Source of the DNA: a bacterium
GTDB lineage: Bacteria > UBA8248
NCBI GenBank assembly: GCA_022825065.1
Contig: JAJDYR010000018.1
Span: 33,606 to 97,605 of the forward strand
Length of the DNA stretch: 64,000 bases
Direction: 5' to 3'
A program made the translations under genes and the position numbers. This document shows positions 36,134 through 45,133 of this stretch, piece by piece (position 1 is the first letter of the stretch; each line of letters opens with the position of its first letter). The notes below the pieces were generated by a model. The model was not told the DNA's origin and made no database searches. It was given only the letters and a program-made list of their open reading frames with translations.

Positions 36134-36907
36134 ATGAGACGGCTCGATATCGGCGACAGGCTGCTTGCGTATCTCCTCTTCGCGGCGGCGGTCGTTCTGG
36201 TCACCTTCTTCGCGTTCCAGCACGAATTACCGCGGGAATGGCATCTGCCGGGTTCCCCGACGCTGTATCTGCTCGGCGTCGCGGGGACGCTCCTCCTGTG
36301 CGTGTCTCTGGTGTTCGTGGTCACGAAGCGGACGGGCGTCGGCGGCTCTCCCCTCGGCTGGTTCTCCGCCCATGTCGTGACGGCCACCCTGGGCGGCGTG
36401 CTGGTGACGATCCACTCGGGCGGCTTTCTCCGCTATGCGCCGGCGCTTTTGCTCGCAGCGCTTTTGCTTCTGGTGATCCTGGGCGTGTGGGCGCGCGTCC
36501 GCCTCTCCAGGCAGATGTCGGCCACGTTCGCCTCGAGGGAGCAATCCTTCTCCCCGCCCGGTTCCGAAGACCGGGAGCGCCTGGCTCATCTCATTCAAGA
36601 AAAAGAATCTTTGTTGGCGAGGCTCGATCCTGGAGCGGACGAGGGCACCTTTTCCCCCAGGCCCAAGCACTGGTTCTCAAGGCCCGCGCTCACGTTCGCC
36701 TACGCCCGGTTGATCGGCCGGGAAAACAGGTTGCTGGGCACCCGCGCAGGCGTTTCTGCCGCGCAGGCGTACTGGCGGATGGTCCACATCGTTTTGGCGT
36801 TCGCCTTCGTTCTCGGTATTGTGGGGCACGTCGTCACCGTCACGTTTTTCGCCGGTTATGTCTCGGGCGGTGGAGAGGTATACTGGTGGCACCTGACGAA
36901 ATGGTAG
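36134..36907 (+). CDS. Hypothetical integral membrane protein
   Basis: 257 aa with at least 5 predicted hydrophobic helices; no recognisable family. Confidence 0.55.
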   Translation: MRRLDIGDRLLAYLLFAAAVVLVTFFAFQHELPREWHLPGSPTLYLLGVAGTLLLCVSLVFVVTKRTGVGGSPLGWFSAHVVTATLGGVLVTIHSGGFLRYAPALLLAALLLLVILGVWARVRLSRQMSATFASREQSFSPPGSEDRERLAHLIQEKESLLARLDPGADEGTFSPRPKHWFSRPALTFAYARLIGRENRLLGTRAGVSAAQAYWRMVHIVLAFAFVLGIVGHVVTVTFFAGYVSGGGEVYWWHLTKW

Positions 36908-36998
36908 CCCGCGTGGTCGGGTTGTTGGGAAAATCTGCCTGCGGAGGGGGCGGGGAGGTTGGTTTTGTAGGGGCGGCGAAAGAGGACGCTTCTCTCGA

Positions 36999-37200
36999 CC
37001 GGAAAGGCAACCCCCCCTACCCCCCTTAACAGGGGGGTAAAAAAAGACGATGCGCCCCGCCGGGCTGAGGGGGCTTTGCTTTTTCTTTCCCTCCTGACGA
37101 AGGGGGTAAAAAGACGACGCCCGCTGACGGAGGGGTTTTTGGTTCTTCATACCCCCCTGACAAGGGGGGGTAAGGGGGGGTTGCCTTTATCCCCTGACTA
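36999..37200. repeat. MITE-like inverted-repeat element, copy H (1.5-copy variant), ending 40 bp upstream of the molybdoenzyme start codon
   Basis: ggaaaggcaaccccccctacccccttaacagggggg ... atacccccctgacaagggggggtaagggggggttgcctttatcccctgactaagggggg. Confidence 0.8.
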
Positions 37201-37239
37201 AGGGGGGCCTTTTCGACACCCCTCTTCAAGGAGTGATTC

Positions 37240-40191
37240 TTGAGCAAGCTGGCCTTGATGATCGATCTGGAGCGGTGCTTCGGCTGCAAGAGCTGTGAGG
37301 CGGCCTGCAAGCAGGAGCACAGGCTGGGCCCCGGCGAATACCGGAACAAGGTCGTCTGGCTGGGGGACGCTTCCACGGGGACGCCTGATTTCCTCACGCT
37401 GACGTGCCAGCATTGCGAGCGCCCCGCTTGTCTCAGGGCCTGTCCCGTTCATCCCAAGGCGATTACCAAAGACCCCGATACCGGCGTGGTGGAGGTTCAC
37501 GAGGCGCTTTGCACGGGTTGCGGGGAATGCGTCATGGCGTGTCCCTACAGCGCGATGGGCTATGACGCGCAGGGGCATCATTCGGTGAAGTGCGACCTCT
37601 GCCCCGACAGACGGGAGAAGAATCTGGAGCCCGCCTGCGCCGAGATTTGCCCGGGCTACGCCATCTCGTTCGGCGAGAGGGAGAACCTCCTCGAAAAGGC
37701 CCATCAGGAGGGTCGGAGCCTTCGGGATCACGATCATTTTCTCCTGAAGCCGCAGACGATTTATCTGGAGAAAATCGCGAGAGAAAACGGCCGCGTAAAC
37801 GGCGCGGAAAATTCAAGTTCGTCTGAAAGCCCGAATCGGCCCAAGTTCGTGGAATCCCCCGAAGCGAACGGCGTTTTCCGGGAGAAAGGCCCCGATTTCC
37901 CCTACCTGCACGACAAGAACGCGCTCAAGGCGGACCGGGTGGAGCCGGGGGGATGTAATTTCTGCTTCAACTGCTGCACCGCCAAGTTCCATTTCCAGGG
38001 CGATAAGCTCATCAACGTGACGGGGAACGATGAAGACCCCGTCCTGGACGGAAAAATCTGCCCCAAGGCGCAGTTCACGCTGCAGCTCCACCACAACGAA
38101 CACCGCCTGCAATATCCCTTGAAGCGCGTCGGCCGCCGGGGCGAAAATGCGTTCGAGCGCATCACCTGGGAGCAGGCGCTCGATGAGATCGCCGCGAAAC
38201 TGGGGGTCCTGAAGGAAAAATGGGGCACGGAGGCGCTGGCGATGTTCGTCGGGACCCGAACGGGCCTGATTACCCAGAAAGGCTATGCGCGGCTGTTCAG
38301 CCAGATGTGGGGAACGCCGAACCTCCAGGGGACGGACCCGTTCTGCGCGGCGGGCAAAGTGGTCGCCTACGAGGTGACGCACGGGATCAACGGCAACGGG
38401 AACAGCTACACGTCCGAGGATATCGGCAGCGCCGGGATGTATCTCTACGTCGGGGACAACCAGGCGGAGACGCGGCCAGTCTACTTCGGCAAGGTGAACG
38501 ACTGGCGCATCAGGAACAAGACCCCGATGGTCGTGGTGGATCCCAGGTACACCGCCACGGCGAGCAAGGCGGACAAATGGCTCGCCATCCGCCCCGGCAC
38601 CGACATGGCGCTCGGCCTCGCCATGGCGCACCATATTCTCTCTGAAAATCTGCACGATGCGCGTTTCTGCGACGAATGGGTGCTGGGCTGGGAGCGCTGG
38701 CGCGATTTCATATTCTCGAAGGGCTATTCCCCCGATTGGGCGGAAGCCATCACCGGCATAGCAGCGGATGAGATTCGCGCGCTCGCCGGGGACGTGGCCA
38801 AAGCGGACGGCTGCGTCATCTTCGGGAGCCGGGGACTCAACCAGCACACCAACTCGGTGCAGACCAACCGGACGTTCATGTTCGTCGCCGCGATAACGGG
38901 GAACTGGGGCCGAAAGGGCGGCGCCTACGTGAACATGACGGCGGGGCCGCCCATCGCCGCCAACGCGCCGGAGAACAGACGGGCAGAGATTCAGAAGCCC
39001 ATGGTGCGCAGGAGCCCGGCCGGCTGGCTGAGCGCCATGCGGGAGGGCAAGCCGTACCCGATTAAAGGCCTCATCACGTGCAACAACCCGCTCGCGCAGT
39101 GGCCGGGCCAGGACGAGGCGCGCGCGGCCTTCAAAGCGCTCGACCTCATCGTCCACATCGAGTTGTTCGCGAACGAGACCTCGGCCTATGCGGATTACGT
39201 GCTGCCCGCGGCGGGCGGGATCGAGAAAGGCGAGCTGGGCCGCACGAACGACGACAGGAGAGTCGTCTGGATCGACAAGATGATCGACCCGCCGGGAGAG
39301 GCGAAGCCCGACGGGTGGATATGGACGGAACTCGGGCGGCGCCTGGGGTTCGGCGACGTCATGAAAGAGGAATACAAGGACCCGGGCAAGTTCTGGGACG
39401 AGATGTGCATCGACAACGATTTCCTGCGGGGCGTGACGCAGAAACGGCTCCACTCGGTCCCCTACCGGTGGGTGCGGTTCCCCGTCGCGAGCGAGGACGC
39501 CCCCGAGCAGGAGACGCTTTATCTCGAAGGAACGACCGCCACGGGGCAGCCCGAGGGCAAGCGCTTCCCCACGCCGAGCGGGCGGCTCGAGTTCTGGACG
39601 GAAGCGTTGGAGGAAAAATTCAAGAAAGTAGGACTCTCGGCGCTGCCGGAATTTTACAGCGAGAAGGAGAATCTCCTGGGGTTGCCGTATCTCGAATATG
39701 AACACGAAGATGATGATCTGGAAGTCATCTCCCCCTTCTCCAAGGCGCCGACGGGTTCCCGCGCCGCCAGAATCGTCCAGCCGGATGGGGAAAACCCAAG
39801 TGATGCGCTTCGCGCGCAAGGCTTCGGGACGACGCTGATAACGGGCCGCCCGCCCGCGCCGCATTTCCACAGCTGGACGCATTATTTCTGGCAGGCGCAG
39901 GAGATGTGGCCCGACCTCTATTGCCAGATACATCCCGAAAAAGCGGGGGAACTGGGAATCGAAGACGGGGAGAAAGTCCGGGTGGAGACGGCGCACGGCG
40001 CCATCGAGGCGATGGCCTGGGTGAATGCAGGGATAAGGGAAGACGCGGTGTACGTCCCCATCGGCTGGGGGGAGCGCCAGCCCTACCATCCCTGGCGGTC
40101 GGTGAATTTCCTGACGGACATCGCGCAGCGCGACCCGTGCTCGGACCAGACGAATCTGAAGAGCTTGCTGTGTAGAATCTCAAGGGCGTGA
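37240..40191 (+). CDS. Molybdopterin (bis-MGD) oxidoreductase catalytic subunit with N-terminally fused four-cluster [4Fe-4S] ferredoxin domain; no Tat signal
   Basis: Residues 1-~160 carry four Cys clusters (CFGCKSCEAAC; CQHCERPACLRACP; CTGCGECVMACP; CDLCPDRREKNLEPACAEICP) like FdnH/PsrB-type beta subunits. From ~residue 230 the GGCNFCFNCCTAKFHF cluster and the molybdopterin oxidoreductase / MGD-binding domains follow in one continuous 983-aa ORF. No twin-arginine leader and no in-frame TGA. Confidence 0.8.
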   Translation: MSKLALMIDLERCFGCKSCEAACKQEHRLGPGEYRNKVVWLGDASTGTPDFLTLTCQHCERPACLRACPVHPKAITKDPDTGVVEVHEALCTGCGECVMACPYSAMGYDAQGHHSVKCDLCPDRREKNLEPACAEICPGYAISFGERENLLEKAHQEGRSLRDHDHFLLKPQTIYLEKIARENGRVNGAENSSSSESPNRPKFVESPEANGVFREKGPDFPYLHDKNALKADRVEPGGCNFCFNCCTAKFHFQGDKLINVTGNDEDPVLDGKICPKAQFTLQLHHNEHRLQYPLKRVGRRGENAFERITWEQALDEIAAKLGVLKEKWGTEALAMFVGTRTGLITQKGYARLFSQMWGTPNLQGTDPFCAAGKVVAYEVTHGINGNGNSYTSEDIGSAGMYLYVGDNQAETRPVYFGKVNDWRIRNKTPMVVVDPRYTATASKADKWLAIRPGTDMALGLAMAHHILSENLHDARFCDEWVLGWERWRDFIFSKGYSPDWAEAITGIAADEIRALAGDVAKADGCVIFGSRGLNQHTNSVQTNRTFMFVAAITGNWGRKGGAYVNMTAGPPIAANAPENRRAEIQKPMVRRSPAGWLSAMREGKPYPIKGLITCNNPLAQWPGQDEARAAFKALDLIVHIELFANETSAYADYVLPAAGGIEKGELGRTNDDRRVVWIDKMIDPPGEAKPDGWIWTELGRRLGFGDVMKEEYKDPGKFWDEMCIDNDFLRGVTQKRLHSVPYRWVRFPVASEDAPEQETLYLEGTTATGQPEGKRFPTPSGRLEFWTEALEEKFKKVGLSALPEFYSEKENLLGLPYLEYEHEDDDLEVISPFSKAPTGSRAARIVQPDGENPSDALRAQGFGTTLITGRPPAPHFHSWTHYFWQAQEMWPDLYCQIHPEKAGELGIEDGEKVRVETAHGAIEAMAWVNAGIREDAVYVPIGWGERQPYHPWRSVNFLTDIAQRDPCSDQTNLKSLLCRISRA

Positions 40192-40279
40192 CCTGTCCGA
40201 GGTCGCGATTTGTCCTATCGGTCGGATTTGAAATTCACTCCCCCCTTGAGTGGACTGTTGAAAAAGCATTTATCAAAAG

Positions 40280-40425
40280 AATAACCCCCCCTACCCCCCC
40301 TTAACAGGGGGGTCTTTTTGTTGCTCCCCCCTGTCGGGGGGACCTTTTTTTCTTTTACCCCCTTCGTCGGGGTGTTGCTTTTTTATACCCCCCTGATAAG
40401 GGGGGGTAGGGGGGGTTGCTTTTCC
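40280..40425. repeat. MITE-like inverted-repeat element, copy I
   Basis: Same arms. The spacer variant matches copy F (ggggggtctttttgttgctcccccctgtcggggggacc...). Confidence 0.8.
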
Positions 40426-40484
40426 AGTCGAGGATGATCACCACCGTCATCCGGCGGCGGGATTCCGTCTTGCCGCGCATTGGT

Positions 40485-40658
40485 GTAGGGGCCGCATATA
40501 TGCGGCCCATTGTGGGAATGGGGAAAAAGCAGGGTCGCATGTATGTGACCCCTACACGCGGGCGGGCGGCCATGGAGGGCCGCCCCTACGGCGATACGCG
40601 CGATTTCCGTAGGGACAACCCCCGTGGTTGTCCCCCAAGCCCCCGCGCCTGTCCGAGG
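40485..40658. repeat. Cluster of REP-like palindromic units
   Basis: Units: gtaggggccgcatatatgcggccc; gggtcgcatgtatgtgacccctac; gggcggccatggagggccgcccctac; gtagggacaacccccgtggttgtccc. Confidence 0.65.
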
Positions 40659-41120
40659 CTATTCAATCGGGTCGGGCTGAACGGGCACGCAGATTTCGGT
40701 CCTGGTGTCGGCCTCCGTCGTTTCGCGGGGGTCGGTGACGTAGCGGTACACCACCGGACCTCCTCTTCTCTTGAATCCGCTGTGCGGCAGCCATTGTTCG
40801 AGCATCTCCCCCAGTGTAAGCCCGAGCGTATCGTATCCCCCGATGTGCGTCCCCACCGCGTGCCATCCGCCCGGAAAGTCTGTCTCATGGAGCCCTTCAG
40901 GTCTTGGCAGGTCTGTAAGCGCTCCCCGGCAGGCTTCGTATCCCTTCTCTCCATGGTCGAGACCGCAAGCGGGGCCGATGCGGGGGAGGTTCCCGCAGAT
41001 CCTGAGCAGGCGCGCCTGTGTGAGGCCGATGGTCTCAGGCGTCGCGGGCGCGTCCGTGCGAAGCGCCCAGAGCTTCAAGGCGTTCAGTTCCAGGACTTTG
41101 ACGGCTTGTGAAGTCCTCAT
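40659..41120 (-). CDS. GyrI-like small-molecule-binding domain protein
   Basis: C-terminal ~150 aa of track ORF 40659..41252 has the GyrI/SbmC-like fold pattern (GLHETDFPGGWHAVGTHIGGYDTLGLTLGEMLEQWLPHSGFKRRGGPVVYRYVTDP). Start set at ATG 41120, just after the nifU-like stop; the start is uncertain. Confidence 0.5.
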   Translation of the reverse strand: MRTSQAVKVLELNALKLWALRTDAPATPETIGLTQARLLRICGNLPRIGPACGLDHGEKGYEACRGALTDLPRPEGLHETDFPGGWHAVGTHIGGYDTLGLTLGEMLEQWLPHSGFKRRGGPVVYRYVTDPRETTEADTRTEICVPVQPDPIE

Positions 41121-41127
41121 CGAGGTG

Positions 41128-41511
41128 TCAGCTTGCGCTTCTCGATTTGAGCGCGTTTTGGAGCACCCGCCGGGCGAGGGTGGCGCAGTGGCGTTTGTGG
41201 GTGGGGAGGCCGCCGACGCTTTCGGCGATCTCCTCCGCGGTAATTTCTCCAAGCTCCTCCGCGGTCTTTCCGCGCACCATGTCCGTCAGGGAACTCATGG
41301 CGGCGGTGATCGCCCCGCAGCCGAGAATCCGGATTTTGGCGTCGGTGACCGCCTCGCCCTCGAATTTGAGGTAAAGCGTCACCTCATCGCCGCAGGCGGG
41401 GTTCGTCCCGCTCCCCTCGGCGTCCGCGTCTTCGATGACGCCGATGTTGCGCGGGTCGGCGATGTGGCGGAGCACCGTCTCGTTATAGTGGTAGTCGTCT
41501 CGTGGGGCCAA
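41128..41511 (-). CDS. nifU: Fe-S cluster assembly scaffold, NifU/IscU N-terminal-type
   Basis: Three conserved Cys (NPACGDE, ILGCGAI, HKRHCATLA) in 127 aa. Confidence 0.85.
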   Translation of the reverse strand: MAPRDDYHYNETVLRHIADPRNIGVIEDADAEGSGTNPACGDEVTLYLKFEGEAVTDAKIRILGCGAITAAMSSLTDMVRGKTAEELGEITAEEIAESVGGLPTHKRHCATLARRVLQNALKSRSAS

Positions 41512-41520
41512 GGTTTCTTC

Positions 41521-42690
41521 TCACGTTTTCGTTGATTTGAGGCGGGGCGCCATCTCGCGCACCTTGCTCACGGCCTCGGGCAGCACTTCGAGCAGCCTGT
41601 CGATGTCCGCATCCGAGTTGCCGTAGCCGAGGCTGAACCTGAGCGAGCCCTGCACGGTTTCCTGGGGCAAATCCATCGCCAGCAGAACGTGGCTGGGCTC
41701 GGGAGAACCCGAACTGCAGGCCGCGCCCGTGCTCACGGCGATGCCCTCGAGATCCAGGCGGATCAGGAGCGTCTCCCCTTCCGCGCCGATGAAGCCCAGG
41801 TTCGACGTGCCGGGAAGGCGGTGGTCCGTATCGCCGTTGATCAAGACATCGGGAACGTGCTCGCAGATTTCGTTTTCGAGCCGGTCCCTGAGGGCGGCGA
41901 CGTTCCTTGCGGATTGCGGGCCTTCTTCTTTCGCGATGCGGCAGGCTTCTCCCAGCGCCACGATGCCGGCCACGTTCTCCGTGCCCGAGCGCAGCTTCTG
42001 CTCCTGCCCGCCGCCGGTCATGAAGGGGTCGAGTTTGGTTCCTTTTTTCACGTACAAAAACCCCGCGCCCTTGGCGGCGTTGATCTTGTGCCCGGTGGCG
42101 GAGAGCAGGGACACGCCGGCGCGCTCCACGTCGACCTCCACCTTGCCCAGCGCCTGCACGGCGTCGGTGTGGAACAGGATGCCGTGTTCCCGGCAAATCG
42201 CGCCGATCTCATGGATCGGCTGAACCGTGCCGACCTCGTTGTTGCCCCACATGACGGACACGATGCGCGTATCCGGCCGGATCGCCGCCGCCACGTCTTC
42301 CGCCGAGACGCGCCCTTTGCGGTCCGGTTTCACATAGGTGACTTCCGCCCCCTCCGCTTCCAGCGCCTGGCACGTCGCGAGCACGGCCTCGTGCTCGATG
42401 GCTGTGGTGACGATGCGGCTTTTTCCACTCGCTGCGGAGATGACGCCCCGGAGCGCCCAGTTGTCGCTCTCCGTCCCGCCTGAGGTGAAGAATATCTCGT
42501 CGCTCTCCGCGGCGCCGATGAGGGCCGCCGCATGATCGCGTGCGTTTTCAATCGCGATTCTGGTTTCGCGGCCGTACCGGTGGATGCTGTTCGGGTTTCC
42601 GAATTTCTCGCCGAGATAGGGATGCATCGCGGCCAGAACCTCGGGCCGCATCGGGGTGGTCGCGTTGTGGTCCATGTAGATGGTGTTCAT
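41521..42690 (-). CDS. nifS: Cysteine desulfurase (NifS/IscS class V aminotransferase)
   Basis: PLP-Lys region [18 protein letters not shown] and the active-site Cys loop STGAACSSG. Confidence 0.9.
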   Translation of the reverse strand: MNTIYMDHNATTPMRPEVLAAMHPYLGEKFGNPNSIHRYGRETRIAIENARDHAAALIGAAESDEIFFTSGGTESDNWALRGVISAASGKSRIVTTAIEHEAVLATCQALEAEGAEVTYVKPDRKGRVSAEDVAAAIRPDTRIVSVMWGNNEVGTVQPIHEIGAICREHGILFHTDAVQALGKVEVDVERAGVSLLSATGHKINAAKGAGFLYVKKGTKLDPFMTGGGQEQKLRSGTENVAGIVALGEACRIAKEEGPQSARNVAALRDRLENEICEHVPDVLINGDTDHRLPGTSNLGFIGAEGETLLIRLDLEGIAVSTGAACSSGSPEPSHVLLAMDLPQETVQGSLRFSLGYGNSDADIDRLLEVLPEAVSKVREMAPRLKSTKT

Positions 42691-43394
42691 GGGGCCTCTT
42701 GTTTTTCCCCTGTCGGTTCTCGCGCCTGGGCCAGTTCTTTCTCGAGGGCCGCGATGCGCTGGTTCAAAGCCTGGATGGCCGCCTCCACCGGGTCGGGCAA
42801 CTCGTGGTGCTCGAAAGAGACGGGGAGCAGATCGTCCGTTTTGCCTTGCCCCTCCCGGTAGACGATGCGCGCGGGCACGCCGACGACCGTGCAGCCGGGC
42901 GGCACGTCCGAGATGACGACCGAACTGGCGCCGATGCGGCTGCCTGCGCCGATGACGTGCGGACCCAGCACCCGGGCGCCGACGCCGACGACGACGTTCT
43001 CCTCCAGGGAGGGGTGTCTTTTTTCTTTCTTGAGGCTCACGCCGCCGAGCGTCACCCCCTGGTAGATGGTGCAGTTTTTCCCGATATGCGTCGTTTCACC
43101 GATCACGACGCCCATCCCGTGGTCGATGAAAAGCCCTTCGCCGATCCGGGCGCCGGGGTGAATTTCGATGCCCGTGATGAACCGGTTCCAGTGGCTCAGC
43201 CAGCGCGCGAGGAGCAGGAATCCCCGCTTCCAGAAGTAGTGGGCCATCCGGTGCAGGCAGACGGCGTGGAATCCCGGATAGCAGAGGATCACCTCCAGCT
43301 TCGATCTGCAGGCGGGGTCGCGCTCCATGACGGCGGCGATGTCCTTTCGCATCGATTCGAATCCGCGCCCGAAACTTCCGAGGAGTCCACTCAT
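42687..43394 (-). CDS. cysE: Serine O-acetyltransferase
   Basis: N-terminal SAT helical domain plus left-handed beta-helix hexapeptide repeats ([25 protein letters not shown]). Confidence 0.85.
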   Translation of the reverse strand: MSGLLGSFGRGFESMRKDIAAVMERDPACRSKLEVILCYPGFHAVCLHRMAHYFWKRGFLLLARWLSHWNRFITGIEIHPGARIGEGLFIDHGMGVVIGETTHIGKNCTIYQGVTLGGVSLKKEKRHPSLEENVVVGVGARVLGPHVIGAGSRIGASSVVISDVPPGCTVVGVPARIVYREGQGKTDDLLPVSFEHHELPDPVEAAIQALNQRIAALEKELAQAREPTGEKQEAP

Positions 43395-43507
43395 GTCTCG
43401 TAAACCTTAAGTCAAAGAAAAATCGGGGAAACAGGCGTGTTCCCCCGCATCATTCGTCCATGATAGCACAGTGTGTTTCGATGCGCCTTTCGCCCAAGTG
43501 ATTCATG

Positions 43508-43924
43508 CTAATACTTCCTTGAAAAATAATCGCTTAGAATGTCCGCGTGATCAAATGCGATTTCAGGGGGCAGGGAGTTTTCGCTAAAAACGCCTGCGCG
43601 CCTCGCGTCGTCGTGCGCTTCGAGCGCGCCGCCAAGCGGCCTTGCGATGAACACGACGGTGACGTTGTGTTGCCTCTCATCGCGCCCGGGGTCGCTGTAG
43701 GCGTGAAACTGGCGGATCAGTTCCACCTCGAGCGAGGTTTCCTCTTTGGCTTCCCGAACGGCGGCCGCCTCGAGCGATTCCCCGTAGTCGACGAATCCAC
43801 CCGGAAGCGCCCAGCCGTAGGGCGGGTTTTTCCGCTCAATCATCACGACCCCTTGCTCGCCGTTCTCATCCTCGATTTCGATGATGATGTCCACCGTAAG
43901 ATAAGGATTTCTGGGGGTTTCCAT
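43508..43924 (-). CDS. NUDIX hydrolase
   Basis: Nudix box [26 protein letters not shown]. Confidence 0.8.
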   Translation of the reverse strand: METPRNPYLTVDIIIEIEDENGEQGVVMIERKNPPYGWALPGGFVDYGESLEAAAVREAKEETSLEVELIRQFHAYSDPGRDERQHNVTVVFIARPLGGALEAHDDARRAGVFSENSLPPEIAFDHADILSDYFSRKY

Positions 43925-44115
43925 CTATCCGCTCACTTTTGAATGAAATGCAGTCCATGAATCAGACGGATTTTCGCATATGGAGCCATGCCCTTGCGAC
44001 TACGTTTCATCGGCCCATATAATGCGGCGAGTCCAAAAGAAAGTTCCGCCGACAACGGCTTCATTTCGAATCGAGGCATCGTCAATTTTCGCTTCCACAA
44101 TGCAGGGGTGATGAA

Positions 44116-45087
44116 ATGGTAAAGTTCAATATGGCGCCTACCGCCAGACGAATCGTAGAGCAGGTTCTTGACGTGAAAGAGGGCGAACTGGTGCTTCTCG
44201 TGACGGATTCGGATCGCCCCGCTTCGGTCACCGAGGCGCTGGCGCATGCCTTGAGCGCCGCGGGCGCGAGGCTCTCCGTCATGCACATGCCCCCCCATAT
44301 GAACGGGGGAATCGACCCGCTGCCTCACGTGGGGGCGGCGATGGCGGCTTCCGACGTGGTGATACTCCAGACCAGCTTCGCCACGATCCATACCGAGACG
44401 GCGAGGAACGCGCTCAAGCAGGGCGCGCGTGTTCTGGACATGTGGGGATGGCGCGAGGACATGATGGTCGCGGGCGGCGCCCTGGCCGATTACGACGAGG
44501 TCGCCCGGGTCACCCGGACGATTTCTGACATCTACACCGAAGCCAAAACGGGCCGGTTCACGACGCCGGATGGATGCGACATGGAGTTTTCGCTGGAGGG
44601 CAGGACGTGCTTCCCCCTCATCGGCGTGGCGAGAAAATCCGGAGAGTTCGCGGCGTGTCCCGATGGAGAAGCGGCCATGAGTCCCCTGGAGGGCACGTCG
44701 AACGGCGTGATGGTGAATCCTTTTTCCATCGAGCGAAAGGATTTGGGCTTCGTCACCGAACCCATGCGCATCGAGATCAAGGACGGCCAGGTGGCGTCCA
44801 TCACCGGAAGCGCCGCCGCGGACAGGTTCTGGAAACTGCTGGATGAAACCGGGGACCTGGCGAAGAACGTGGCGGAGTTCGCCATCGGCACGAACCCGGC
44901 ATGCCGCCCCCGGGAGACGATGCGCGAGGCGAAAAAGACGTGGGGCACCTGCCACATGGCGGTGGGCGACAGCGGCAGCATCGGGGGCGTGGTCGAAGCC
45001 CCGCTCCACATCGACATGATTTTCGACAACCCCACCGTCTGGGCGGATGAGCAGATGATCATCCAGGACGGAAAGATTCTGGTATAG
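44116..45087 (+). CDS. M29-family aminopeptidase-like protein (AmpS/NicX-like fold)
   Basis: 323 aa. The overall pattern (VLLVTDSD..., ...HIDMIFDNPTVWADEQ) resembles the thermophilic metalloprotease M29 / 2,5-dihydroxypyridine dioxygenase superfamily. Assignment is tentative. Confidence 0.5.
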   Translation: MVKFNMAPTARRIVEQVLDVKEGELVLLVTDSDRPASVTEALAHALSAAGARLSVMHMPPHMNGGIDPLPHVGAAMAASDVVILQTSFATIHTETARNALKQGARVLDMWGWREDMMVAGGALADYDEVARVTRTISDIYTEAKTGRFTTPDGCDMEFSLEGRTCFPLIGVARKSGEFAACPDGEAAMSPLEGTSNGVMVNPFSIERKDLGFVTEPMRIEIKDGQVASITGSAAADRFWKLLDETGDLAKNVAEFAIGTNPACRPRETMREAKKTWGTCHMAVGDSGSIGGVVEAPLHIDMIFDNPTVWADEQMIIQDGKILV

Positions 45088-45133
45088 TCGCCAGATGCAA
45101 TAAGTCCGCCGCCGGCGCGCCCGATGATGAAGG

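Noticed and set aside
37240-40191. Molybdoenzyme as a Sec-containing formate dehydrogenase
   Set aside because: Continuous 983-aa ORF without an in-frame TGA; no FdhA-type U/C-containing active-site motif identified.
13968-40425. The G/C-homopolymer repeats as a CRISPR array
   Set aside because: Units are inverted repeats around a spacer, are scattered 1-10 kb apart in intergenic regions, have no regular repeat-spacer periodicity, and no cas genes are present.
13781-40573. Many 60-230-aa ORFs translating to ...KTNPPYPPLSGG/TGGYKKAM... (e.g. 13781..14269, 15312..15506, 17139..17504, 19406..20113, 23830..24189, 33504..33821, 34323..34508, 36677..37150, 40355..40573)
   Set aside because: They are read-throughs of the C7TAC7/G7TAG7 MITE arms in various frames, not proteins. 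They occur in both orientations and lack starts or RBS.
15246-40660. A RAYT (REP-associated tyrosine transposase) gene accompanying the REP-like units
   Set aside because: No ~150-aa ORF with an HuH plus catalytic Tyr pattern was found in this window. If present, it lies elsewhere in the genome.
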